Assembly (NCBI GenBank): GCA_045046875.1
Contig: JASFYY010000055.1
Location: 1-64,000 of the forward strand
From: Verrucomicrobiota bacterium
Lineage (GTDB): Bacteria; Verrucomicrobiota; Verrucomicrobiia; Verrucomicrobiales; DEV007
Length of the DNA stretch: 64,000 bases
Reading direction: 5' to 3'
A program made the translations under genes and the position numbers. Below are positions 1 to 9,038 of this stretch, piece by piece. Numbering within the stretch: the stretch's first letter is position 1; the number at the start of each line of letters is the position of its first letter. Under the pieces are notes generated by a model that saw only the letters and a list, made by a program, of their open reading frames with translations, was not told the origin of the DNA and searched no databases.

Positions 1-72
1 TGTCAAGCGGCCTGTTCACGTTGGGATTTGGAGCTTGAGGGATTTTCAATTTGCGTCGAGAATGATCGTCTG

Positions 73-1521
73 ATGAAAATAAAAATAAAAATTTCAGGAT
101 GGTTGATGGCTTTGAGTGTTTGTTTACTGACGGCAGGGATGCAGGCTGGGGAAAAACCGAATATTGTGTTTATTCTCGCCGATGACATGGGTTGGCCGGA
201 TTTGAGTTGTTATGGAAATAAGTTCAATGAGACCCCGGTGATCGATCAGTTGGCCAGTGAGGGCATGAAGTTCACTGATTTTTATGCGGCGACGCCGGTG
301 TGTTCGTCCACCCGCTCGACGATTCAGACGGGGCAGTATTCGGGGCGCACAGGTATCACCGATTTTATTCCGGGGCATTGGCGTCCGTTTGAGAAATTGA
401 TCGTGCCGGAAATTGATCACCACTTGAAAGACGGGGTGAAGACGCCGGGTGATGTGTTGGGGGCTGCGGGTTACGCGACAGGTTATTTTGGTAAGTGGCA
501 TTTGGGCAGGGAAGCGCAGCATTTGCCGAACAAACAGGGTTACCAAATGACTGAGCGTGAGTTGGGTAAGGTTTTTAACAAAGCCCATCCGAAAAGCAAA
601 AAAGGACCCAAGAGTATCGATTATCTGACAGATGCGGGACTTTATTTTATCGAGAAAAATAAGGCTAAGCCATTTTTTCTAACCATTTCACACTATGCGG
701 TTCATATCCCTCTGGAATCGCGCGCAGTGACGGTTGCCAAATACGAAAAAAAGAAAAAACCTGCTATGGGAGTTAATAATCCTCGTTATGCGGGAATGAC
801 CGAGGATCTCGATACCAGTGTGGGGCGGGTTTTGGCTAAATTGAAAGAATTGGGATTGGATCAGAATACGGTGGTGGTTTTTGCTTCTGATAATGGAGGC
901 CTGCGTAAGATCTATACCGGAGTGGGGGAAGTGGTGTCGTCCAATGCGCCGCTGAGGGATGAAAAGGGGACTTTGTATGAAGGTGGGATGCGGGTGCCTT
1001 TGATCGTGAGATGGCCGGGAGTGGTGAAGGCTGGCACGGTGAGCCATGAGCCGACGACTACGGCGGACTTGTTATCGACGTTCAGTGAAATGGCTGGGGC
1101 AAAGTTGCCGCAGCAGCCGATTGATGGTTCGAGCCTGGTGGGGATTTTGAAAGATCCGCAGCAGTCACTGAAGCGGGATGCGATTTATTTTCACTACCCG
1201 CACTATCACCATTCGATCCCTGGTGGAGCGATCCGGTCGGGGGACTGGAAGTTGATCGAGTTTTTCGGGGGTGAGGGGATTGAACTTTATAATCTGAAGG
1301 AGGATATTGGGGAGAAGAATAATCTGGCGGCAAAGCATCCGGAGAAGGCGGCCAAGTTACAAGGACAGCTGGCGAGTTGGAGGAAAGAGGTTGGGGCGAG
1401 AATGCCTACGGTGAATCCCAAAGCGGATGCCAAGCGGGCGTCTGAGTGGTGGAGTAGGAGGAAAAATGAACCGCTCGATGTGGAGGCGATGCGTAAGCAT
1501 TATGAATCGAAGGTGAAGTAG
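73..1521 (+). CDS. Secreted sulfatase (formylglycine-dependent family S1)
   Basis: Signal peptide, KPNIVFILADDMG, active-site region TPVCSSTR (variant of CxPxR), GYFGKWHLG, SDNGG, YEGGMRVP. ATG at 73 preferred over the TTG at 28. Confidence 0.93.
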   Translation: MKIKIKISGWLMALSVCLLTAGMQAGEKPNIVFILADDMGWPDLSCYGNKFNETPVIDQLASEGMKFTDFYAATPVCSSTRSTIQTGQYSGRTGITDFIPGHWRPFEKLIVPEIDHHLKDGVKTPGDVLGAAGYATGYFGKWHLGREAQHLPNKQGYQMTERELGKVFNKAHPKSKKGPKSIDYLTDAGLYFIEKNKAKPFFLTISHYAVHIPLESRAVTVAKYEKKKKPAMGVNNPRYAGMTEDLDTSVGRVLAKLKELGLDQNTVVVFASDNGGLRKIYTGVGEVVSSNAPLRDEKGTLYEGGMRVPLIVRWPGVVKAGTVSHEPTTTADLLSTFSEMAGAKLPQQPIDGSSLVGILKDPQQSLKRDAIYFHYPHYHHSIPGGAIRSGDWKLIEFFGGEGIELYNLKEDIGEKNNLAAKHPEKAAKLQGQLASWRKEVGARMPTVNPKADAKRASEWWSRRKNEPLDVEAMRKHYESKVK

Positions 1522-1598
1522 GGGGGGGCTTAAATTTCAGCTTAAACTCCGACGAGGGATGCCGTTGGAAAGCAGCAAGAGAAGATATATTTTGAACT

Positions 1599-2567
1599 AT
1601 GAAGAAGATTCGAGCGGGTTCGGTGCAGTTCAATCATGCGCCGGGAGATAAGGTTTATAATCTGAAGCGGATGGAGGACTTTGTCGCGCAGGCGGCGGAG
1701 AAGGGGGTGGATCTGTTGGTTTTTCCGGAAATGTGTGTTTCGGGTTACTGGCATGTGAGGAATTTGTCGAGAGAGGGAGTGGAGGCCTTGAGTGAATCCG
1801 TGCCGGAGGGGGAATCGACCCAGCAGTTGTTGGCTTGGTCGAGGGAAACAGGGATGGCGATTGGGGCGGGTATCATTGAGCGGGCGGATGATGGACAACT
1901 TTATAATTCCTTTGTGGTGGCGATGCCGGACGGGGATTTTGCCTGTCACCGGAAGTTGCATACTTTCATCAGTGAGCACATGGAATCGGGAGATGAATAC
2001 ACGGTTTTTGATATTCCCCAGGGAGCGCGGGTAGGAGTGCTGATCTGTTACGATAATAATATCGGCGAGAATGTAAGAATGAATGCCTTGATGGGGGCGG
2101 AGATTCTGTTGTCGCCGCACCAGACGGGTGGTTGCCATTCGCCGAGTCCGAAATGCATGGGTAAGATAGATGTCGACTTGTGGGAGAACCGCGAGCAGGA
2201 CCCGGAAGCTATCGAGGCTGAGTTCAAGGGGGCAAAAGGCCGACAGTGGTTGCGGCGTTGGTTGCCGGCTCGGGCGCATGATAATGGGATGTTTTTGATT
2301 TTTTCGAATGGAGTGGGGCGGGACGATGATGAAGTGCGCACGGGCAATGCGATGATTTTGGATCCATATGGGGATACCTTGGTCGAGACCTGGGCGGCGC
2401 GGGATGAGTTGGTGGTGGCGGATTTGGATCCGGCACTCCGGACCATGAGCACGGGTGAGCGATGGATTCAGAGTCGGCGGCCGGAGCTGTATGAGAGTTT
2501 GACAAAAGCGACAGGCAAGGAGAAATCGACGCGGGAGGTGAGGTTCCAGGGGCAGGGGGGAGATTGA
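1599..2567 (+). CDS. Nitrilase-family carbon-nitrogen hydrolase
   Basis: Glu-Lys-Cys triad motifs FPEM, HRKLH and ICYDN. Confidence 0.9.
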   Translation: MKKIRAGSVQFNHAPGDKVYNLKRMEDFVAQAAEKGVDLLVFPEMCVSGYWHVRNLSREGVEALSESVPEGESTQQLLAWSRETGMAIGAGIIERADDGQLYNSFVVAMPDGDFACHRKLHTFISEHMESGDEYTVFDIPQGARVGVLICYDNNIGENVRMNALMGAEILLSPHQTGGCHSPSPKCMGKIDVDLWENREQDPEAIEAEFKGAKGRQWLRRWLPARAHDNGMFLIFSNGVGRDDDEVRTGNAMILDPYGDTLVETWAARDELVVADLDPALRTMSTGERWIQSRRPELYESLTKATGKEKSTREVRFQGQGGD

Positions 2568-2706
2568 TCACAGGACGTTAGGAAGATGCTAGTTTGATCT
2601 TGTTAAGTTGAGATTAAAAACCTCAACTTAAACCTGAGCACATCAAGGCTATGTGGCTTTCTATTTTCAACTGATGGCAGGTAAACTAAGAGTAGAGAAT
2701 ACGATT

Positions 2707-3693
2707 ATGAGAATGGGGACTGAAAAAATAATAGCTGCGGGCATACTTGGACTGATGTTATTCGGGCTGGTGGTGACAAGTCGGGCGGCGGATGGACCCG
2801 TGAAAGTGATTTTTGATACCGACATCATGGGGGATGTGGATGACGTCGGAGCGGTGGCGATGTTGCATGCTTTGGCGAATCGCGCAGAGGTTGAAATTCT
2901 GGCGATGGGGGTGTGTGCCAAAGGGGAGGACAGTGCCCGATGTCTGGATGTGCTGAATACTTATTTCGGTCGCCCGGAGATTGTGATCGGGGTGAATAAA
3001 GGTGTGGGGTTTTTGCGCGATTCCAGATACACCCGTCAGTTGGTGGAGGAGTTTCCTCATCGTTTGAAATCTTCGGACGATGCCCCGTCAGCGGCGCAGC
3101 TTTATCGCAAGGTGCTGGCGGAACAGGCGGATGGCAGTGTGGTGATGATTTCGGTGGGGCAGTTGTCGAATTTGAGCGCTTTGTTGAAGACCAAGGGGGA
3201 TGAGGTCAGCGTTTTGAATGGCAGGGATTTGGTGAAAAAAAAGATCCGCTTGTGGGTGTGCATGGGGGGGAAGTTTCCCCAGGGCAAAGAGGCGAATATT
3301 CGCAACGATGCGGCGGCGGCGGTTGATGCGGTGAAACGATGGCCGACGCCGGTGGTGTTCAGCGGTTTTGAGATCGGAGTAAAAATCCCGACTGGAGGTA
3401 AAATTAAAAACCTGCCGAAATCAAGCCCGGTGCGCCGGGCTTATCAATTGTTCAACGGTTTGAAAACCCGTCAGAGTTGGGATCAAACGGCCGTATTGTA
3501 TGGCGTGCGGGGGCTGGACGGAGCTTTGCAAAAAATGTGGGACACGGAACGTGGTGAATGCACGATCAATAGCGACGGAAGCAATCAATGGCAACCGGAT
3601 CCACAAGGGAGGCATGTGATTCTCAAAGAGAAAATGCGCCCGCCCAAGGTGGTCAAGGTGATCGATGAATTGATGATGGAACTGCCGAAGTGA
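2707..3693 (+). CDS. Secreted nucleoside hydrolase-like protein (IU-NH family)
   Basis: Signal peptide followed by VIFDTDIMGDVDD Asp-rich motif, SVGQLSNL, MGG...EANI, SWDQTAV. Start uncertain (2707 or 2713). Confidence 0.8.
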   Translation: MRMGTEKIIAAGILGLMLFGLVVTSRAADGPVKVIFDTDIMGDVDDVGAVAMLHALANRAEVEILAMGVCAKGEDSARCLDVLNTYFGRPEIVIGVNKGVGFLRDSRYTRQLVEEFPHRLKSSDDAPSAAQLYRKVLAEQADGSVVMISVGQLSNLSALLKTKGDEVSVLNGRDLVKKKIRLWVCMGGKFPQGKEANIRNDAAAAVDAVKRWPTPVVFSGFEIGVKIPTGGKIKNLPKSSPVRRAYQLFNGLKTRQSWDQTAVLYGVRGLDGALQKMWDTERGECTINSDGSNQWQPDPQGRHVILKEKMRPPKVVKVIDELMMELPK

Positions 3694-3706
3694 AAAACGA
3701 GAATAA

Positions 3707-5254
3707 TCACTCAAAGTGAAAGGCAAACAGGTCGGCGTCACGCAGAGTGAAGTGCAGACGCACGGTTTTTCCGGCAAGCGCGGAGACATCGCTGCCTTTG
3801 CCTTCCCAGTGAACCGGGCGCTCGATAGTATCACCAAAAACTTCGGCGCAGTCGGCTGCGCTGTATCCCGGGAGGGGCTTGCCCTTTTCGTCACGGATCT
3901 CAACTTTGATGCCGCCAGCGGCGGATGAGGAGAAGTTGAGTTTGAGCTCCTTGCCGGTGAAGGTGATCGGCTTGGTGGTGAAGCTGCCGCCTTTGAGAGG
4001 GGCGCTGGCGGAGACAAAACCGTCAAGGCGCATGGTGTAACGACGGACTTGGTCGCTTTTTTCGGTCCAGTAACCTTCGGTGGCGTAGAGGGAGATTTCG
4101 TTGGGGGCGCCTTTCATGTCAGAAGCGGTTTCGACCATTTGCCAGCCAATATACTGATGGCCGTAGTGCCAGGTGCCGGGGCGTTCGATGCCGGGACGCA
4201 GGAAGGCTTCCTGCCAGCGCTTGAAGGTGACGCCGTCGCGACTGCTCATGAACAGGCCTTCGGTGATTGCCATGCCGTAACGATCGGCAATGGAAGAGCG
4301 CAGTTTGCGGTGTTTGACTTCTGGCAAGGCTTCCATCGAGGGATTCCAACCACGTTCGACATAGCGGGTGGGGAAGCCGATGAAAAGATGGGGCGCACGG
4401 TAGTAGGGTTGAATCTGGTTGGTGTAGAGGTGTTCGTCGGGTGAGTCCACATACTTGAGATCCTTCTGACCGGTCCAGGTGATCATGTCCTTGGAAACGG
4501 CGGTGCGAATGTCCCGAAAACCAGCGGGTTTCCAGTTGTCCTTGTCAGTGACTCCGGCCGTGAAGATGCGCCAGTAAGCGCGGTATTCTTTTCTCACCGG
4601 ATCCCAGAACGCGAGGTTTTGGGAATCGAAAGCACCGGCAGTGATGACTGGTTTTTCGGACATCAGTGACCAGTGCAGGCCGTCGGGGGATTTGAGCGCC
4701 AGCAGGCCTTTTTCTCCGCGTGAACGCAGGATGGCTTTGTATTGCGCATCCTTGGGGCAGTCGGGGTTGCTGTCTTTAAAAATCGCAGGGTGAACCGGAT
4801 CGGGTTTGGCGTTTTTCATCCAGGCTTCTTTGAACAAGCCGATGACAATGTTGTTGTTTTTATCACCACTGCCTTTGGGGTATTCGACCAGGCCAAGGTT
4901 GGGTTTGGTCCAATGGATGCCATCTTTGCTTTCAGCATAACAAGTGAAGTTAGCGTCGGCGGGGGCAAGCTTTTTTTCCTGCACGGTGAGTTGCCAGGCT
5001 TTGTAATACATTTTGTAGGTATCGCCGTCTTTGAAAATACTGTGGTAACCACAGCCACTGCCTTCCCAGGGGGAGTTGTGATCGATGACGATCTCTTTTG
5101 CTGTGGGATGATGGAGTTGTAGAGTGGCGCCGTCCATGGAGTCGATCAGGTGGTCGTCAACGAGCAGCTCGCGGCGATTGCCGATGTCGATGGGTGCGGC
5201 GTGGGCGCTAAAAGCCGCCAACAGAAGGAGGGTGGAAAGGGATGGTGTTTTCAT
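3707..5254 (-). CDS. Secreted beta-propeller glycoside hydrolase-like protein
   Basis: Signal peptide; repeated Asp-box-like motifs ESKDGIHW, KSPDGLHW, VSKDMITW, SSRDGVTF. Confidence 0.65.
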   Translation of the reverse strand: MKTPSLSTLLLLAAFSAHAAPIDIGNRRELLVDDHLIDSMDGATLQLHHPTAKEIVIDHNSPWEGSGCGYHSIFKDGDTYKMYYKAWQLTVQEKKLAPADANFTCYAESKDGIHWTKPNLGLVEYPKGSGDKNNNIVIGLFKEAWMKNAKPDPVHPAIFKDSNPDCPKDAQYKAILRSRGEKGLLALKSPDGLHWSLMSEKPVITAGAFDSQNLAFWDPVRKEYRAYWRIFTAGVTDKDNWKPAGFRDIRTAVSKDMITWTGQKDLKYVDSPDEHLYTNQIQPYYRAPHLFIGFPTRYVERGWNPSMEALPEVKHRKLRSSIADRYGMAITEGLFMSSRDGVTFKRWQEAFLRPGIERPGTWHYGHQYIGWQMVETASDMKGAPNEISLYATEGYWTEKSDQVRRYTMRLDGFVSASAPLKGGSFTTKPITFTGKELKLNFSSSAAGGIKVEIRDEKGKPLPGYSAADCAEVFGDTIERPVHWEGKGSDVSALAGKTVRLHFTLRDADLFAFHFE

Positions 5255-5264
5255 GATGGGGGGG

Positions 5265-5292
5265 ATGAATTACGAATTATGAATTATGAATG
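5265..5292. repeat. Heptamer tandem repeat (AYGAATT)x4, intergenic
   Basis: atgaatt acgaatt atgaatt atgaatg read directly from the sequence. Confidence 0.7.
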
Positions 5293-5305
5293 TTGATGGT
5301 TAAAG

Positions 5306-6466
5306 TTATTTGGCGGACAACCAAGTGATGGGGACGCGGGTGATTTTGGTGATATTGAGTCCTCCGCCTTTGCTGGTATCGCCGGCGCAGTGGCCGAGTA
5401 AGATGTCGCTGTCGGTGAATTCTATCGCGGTGTAACAATACCAACCGGTGGGTAGATCGTAGAGGGTTTTGGCGGGTAGCCAGGTTTTGCCATCGTCTTT
5501 GGAGAGGGCGATGCTCAAGGGAGTTCGTTTGCCGCGCAGTTCTTTGGGGATCTTTGAGTGATCGTTCCATACTGCGACCAGGTCTTTGGTTTTTGGTAAA
5601 CGTTCGATGGAAGCGGGGCTCACCGGAGAGAGCAGCGACGAGGCTTCGAAGTCCGACCAGCTTTCACCGCGATCCTTGGAGTAACAGACAAACTGGGATC
5701 CGCCGTTGGTGCGAGTCCACATCATCAGGCGTCCGTCCTTGAGTTCGACCAGCCCGGGTTCTTGCAGCATGGTTTGTTTGCCGTTGGCTTGGCTTCCGTC
5801 CTGACTGGTTTTCGAACGGTGCCAAGTCTGGGCTTTGTCATCGGAAATGTAACAGTGGATGGTGCCGTTACCGTTGAATTTTTTCAAACTGGGGCTGTTG
5901 TGTTGGGCGGTGGGGAAGATCAGGCGACCGTCGGCCAGTTGCACCAGACGATCATTGTTGACGACATAATAACCTATCTCGTTTTCGCCGATGATTTCGG
6001 TGGCAGCCGACCAGCTCTCACCTTCGTCGGTGGAGAAACGAATGATCGGGCGCAGGTCGGTGATCGAGTTTTTGCGGCAGTAGAAAAGTGCGATGCGTCC
6101 GTCCTGTAATCTTAGCAACGAAACGGACATGATGTTTTCCTTGCCGTCGTTTTCCATCTCGAGCTTGTCTTTATTACTCCAGGTTTTTCCTCCGTCACTG
6201 GAGATGCGGCTGGCGAGGAAAGCCGGCGAGTTGTCACGGCCACCGCCGGTGAAGTGGGTATAAATGAAAAGAATGCGTCCGTCTTTGAGAGTGACGAAGT
6301 CGCCTTCGCTGTTGCGTGGGTTCTCCTTGCTGGGCGCGAGGGTCAAGGCAATCTGAGGTGTTTCGGCTGCCCTTAGCTTGGGGGAGGCCATGGCCAGTAG
6401 TGTGGCAGCGAGTGTCAACGATGATAATAGTCGTTTTTTGAAAAGAGTGGGGCGGGGTGGTTTCAT
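5306..6466 (-). CDS. Sialidase-like BNR/Asp-box repeat protein
   Basis: Signal peptide; five SxDxGxTW-type boxes (SSDGGKTW, STDEGESW, SDDKAQTW, SKDRGESW, SKDDGKTW), QEPGLVEL, RTPL. Confidence 0.8.
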   Translation of the reverse strand: MKPPRPTLFKKRLLSSLTLAATLLAMASPKLRAAETPQIALTLAPSKENPRNSEGDFVTLKDGRILFIYTHFTGGGRDNSPAFLASRISSDGGKTWSNKDKLEMENDGKENIMSVSLLRLQDGRIALFYCRKNSITDLRPIIRFSTDEGESWSAATEIIGENEIGYYVVNNDRLVQLADGRLIFPTAQHNSPSLKKFNGNGTIHCYISDDKAQTWHRSKTSQDGSQANGKQTMLQEPGLVELKDGRLMMWTRTNGGSQFVCYSKDRGESWSDFEASSLLSPVSPASIERLPKTKDLVAVWNDHSKIPKELRGKRTPLSIALSKDDGKTWLPAKTLYDLPTGWYCYTAIEFTDSDILLGHCAGDTSKGGGLNITKITRVPITWLSAK

Positions 6467-6527
6467 AGATAGGGGACATTCTGGCCTTGCGAATGGGGAT
6501 AAACAAACCTATTCTTCTGGTAACATT

Positions 6528-7616
6528 ATGATACCAGAAGAGTCTCAGACCCCTGATTTGCCCAAGCGCTGCTCATTGGTGGCTGAAACGGTGCAAAGTT
6601 TGTCAGAGGGGATTCTGCGAGGGCTGTGGCGGGATTTTTTACCTGCTGAGCGGGAGTTGAGTGATCAATTGCAAGTCAGCCGTCGTACTTTGCGCGAGGC
6701 TCTAGCGGAGTTGCAACGCATGGGGTGGATTGCCGTTTCGCCGCGCCAACGCAGTCGGATTATCAATAAGGGGGAAGTGGATCGAGTCAATAATGAAGGG
6801 AAAGTCATTGCGGTATTGTGCGCTAACTCTTTTGCTGATTCTTCCACGCCGATCACTTTTGTGATGGATGTTTTGCGGGACAAGCTGACTCGGGCGGGGT
6901 ATGTGGTGGAGTTTCATTCTCGACGTGATTGTTTTTCATCGAGACCGGCTAAAGCGCTGGCTAAATTGGTGAAAGAACATCCGTCCGTCGCCTGGTTGGT
7001 AATGGGGTCCAAGGCTCCTTTGCAGGCTTGGTTTGCTCGTCACCGCCTGCCTTGTCTGGTGGTGGGCACTTGTGTTGCGGGCATCGTGCTGCCCTCCGTT
7101 GATGTGGATTATCGTGCGGCTTGCCGCCATGCGGGCGGGGTGTTGTGGCGGGCGGGACACAGGCGGATCACTTTAGTGCAACTGGCGGATGCGCAGGGAG
7201 GTGATTTGGATGGGGAAAAGGGCTGGCTTGAATCTTTGCAACATTTGCCGGAAGCCAATGTCCAGGTGCTGCGTCATGACGGCACTTCGGACCACTTGTG
7301 CGCGTTGTTGGATGAAACCATGCTTTCACCTGATGCGCCGACGGCCTATCTGGTGGCGCGTCCGAAACATGTGCTGACGGTGATGATGCATTTGCAGGGA
7401 CGAGGCAAACGCATCCCCGGGGACGTGGCGATCATTTCACGGGATGATGCTTATTTTCTGGATGCCACGAGGCCGAAGCTCGCACGGTATGCAACCGATC
7501 CTAGTGGGTTGGCGCGTAGGGTGGCGAAGTGTGCCCGGCAATTGGCGGAGACGGGAACTTTGTCTGCGAGCGCGGTGCGGTTGATGCCGACTTTTGTGTC
7601 GGGGGAAACGGTGTAG
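6528..7616 (+). CDS. GntR-type HTH plus LacI-type sensor domain transcriptional regulator
   Basis: LPAERELSDQLQVSRRTLREAL winged HTH; C-terminal periplasmic-binding-protein-like domain (PSVDVDY, IPGDVAIIS). Divergent from the hydrolase pair. Confidence 0.85.
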   Translation: MIPEESQTPDLPKRCSLVAETVQSLSEGILRGLWRDFLPAERELSDQLQVSRRTLREALAELQRMGWIAVSPRQRSRIINKGEVDRVNNEGKVIAVLCANSFADSSTPITFVMDVLRDKLTRAGYVVEFHSRRDCFSSRPAKALAKLVKEHPSVAWLVMGSKAPLQAWFARHRLPCLVVGTCVAGIVLPSVDVDYRAACRHAGGVLWRAGHRRITLVQLADAQGGDLDGEKGWLESLQHLPEANVQVLRHDGTSDHLCALLDETMLSPDAPTAYLVARPKHVLTVMMHLQGRGKRIPGDVAIISRDDAYFLDATRPKLARYATDPSGLARRVAKCARQLAETGTLSASAVRLMPTFVSGETV

Positions 7617-7651
7617 GGGGAGAAGTTAGGAGATAGAATTAGGAAATACGT

Positions 7652-8548
7652 ATGTTTGATTGTTTTGCAGCAGCTCGGGTTATTGGTGAAGGATCTGTTT
7701 TAGCGGTGGTGGCTCCTTCGGGTGCATTTGACCGGGGGTCTTTTGATTTGGGGGTGGGGTGGTTGAGGCAGCGTTATGAGCTGCGTTTTGATGAGGGGAT
7801 TTATGCGCAGCAGGGATATTTTGCCGGCTCGGATGAACGGCGCTTGCAGGAGCTGCAGCATGCGATCCGGGATCCGCAAGTGGATGCGATACTGTGTGCT
7901 CGTGGTGGTTTTGGTGCGACACGTTTGTTGCCGGACTTGGCGGTGGAGGAAGTGCGGGCGGCTAACAAGTTACTGGTGGGCTTCAGTGACGTGACGGCTT
8001 TGCATGCTTTGTGGTCGAGGGCGGGTGTGCGCTCGTTGCATGCTCCGATGGTATCGGTATTGGGGCGGATGGATGAGTTGCAGCGGGATGGTTGGTGCCG
8101 AGCGTTAGAGGGGAAAGTTGGGAAAATGCAGTGGCAGGGACTAGAGACGATCACGTCTGGTGCTGCGGAGGGCAGGTTGATCGGGGGGAACCTGTCGGTA
8201 TTGTGCGCTTTGTTGGGAACGCCTTATTTTCCATCACTGGATGGGTGTATTTTGTTTCTCGAAGATGTGGGGGAGAGGCCTTACCGGGTGGACCGGATGT
8301 TGACGACGCTGTTGCAGTCGGGCTGTTTGCAGTCGTGTGCCGGGCTGGTGTTGGGGGCTTTCACCGATGGCAAAAAAGGCAAGGACGGGGTGTCGATCGA
8401 CGATGTATTGTTCGAAAGGTTGGGAGCATTGGGGATACCTGTGGTGACGGGATTTCCTGCCGGACATATTGAAAATAATGAGCCGCTGTTTTTTGGCAGG
8501 GGGGTGCGCTTGGATGGAGCAGGTGGCGTGGAGCTTGTTAGAGATTGA
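7652..8548 (+). CDS. LD-carboxypeptidase (peptidase S66)
   Basis: RGGFGA, GFSDVT (catalytic Ser), GGNLS, FLEDVGE, AGH. Confidence 0.9.
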   Translation: MFDCFAAARVIGEGSVLAVVAPSGAFDRGSFDLGVGWLRQRYELRFDEGIYAQQGYFAGSDERRLQELQHAIRDPQVDAILCARGGFGATRLLPDLAVEEVRAANKLLVGFSDVTALHALWSRAGVRSLHAPMVSVLGRMDELQRDGWCRALEGKVGKMQWQGLETITSGAAEGRLIGGNLSVLCALLGTPYFPSLDGCILFLEDVGERPYRVDRMLTTLLQSGCLQSCAGLVLGAFTDGKKGKDGVSIDDVLFERLGALGIPVVTGFPAGHIENNEPLFFGRGVRLDGAGGVELVRD

Positions 8549-8551
8549 AAA

Positions 8552-8950
8552 TCACCCCAAATTCATTATTAGCGGGGTGAAAATCAAACCACCGAGTATC
8601 ACCGCTCCCAATGCTGAAATCAGCACGGCAGCAGCGGCGACATCTTTGGATTTTTTGATCAGGGGATGAAATTCCGGATGGGCGACGTCGGCGAGAAATT
8701 CAAGCGAGCTATTGAGTGCTTCAGTGATCCATACTGCCATGATGGCAAGCAGGATCAGGCACCATTCGATACGTGATAGAGCAAAATAAAATCCCAGGGC
8801 GCAGACGACTCCGGTGGCGAGTAGGTGAATCCGAGCGTTGGGTTGAGATTCCAGTAGGGTAAGGATACCGCGGAGGGCATGTTTGAAGCTGTGCAAGCGG
8901 GCGATCATTTTGAAGGAATGGGGACGGGTATGAATCCCATCGTCGCACAA
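8552..8950 (-). CDS. dgkA: Diacylglycerol/undecaprenol kinase (DgkA family)
   Basis: SFKHALRG, NARIH, EALNSSLE, KDVAAAAV, three TM segments. True start may be 8908. Confidence 0.85.
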   Translation of the reverse strand: MCDDGIHTRPHSFKMIARLHSFKHALRGILTLLESQPNARIHLLATGVVCALGFYFALSRIEWCLILLAIMAVWITEALNSSLEFLADVAHPEFHPLIKKSKDVAAAAVLISALGAVILGGLIFTPLIMNLG

Positions 8951-9038
8951 TTTTTGGCACTACTCAAAAAATAGTGGGAGTGGTGAGCTTTGCCCTGGAG
9001 TGATGGGTGCTCAGAGCATAAAGCTGATCGAGATCAGC

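Noticed and set aside
1542..2279. 245-aa minus-strand ORF
   Set aside because: Antisense shadow of the nitrilase-family gene.
2603..2631. 10-bp inverted repeat ttaagttgag-N9-ctcaacttaa
   Set aside because: Real, but it cannot be assigned as operator, terminator or repeat remnant.
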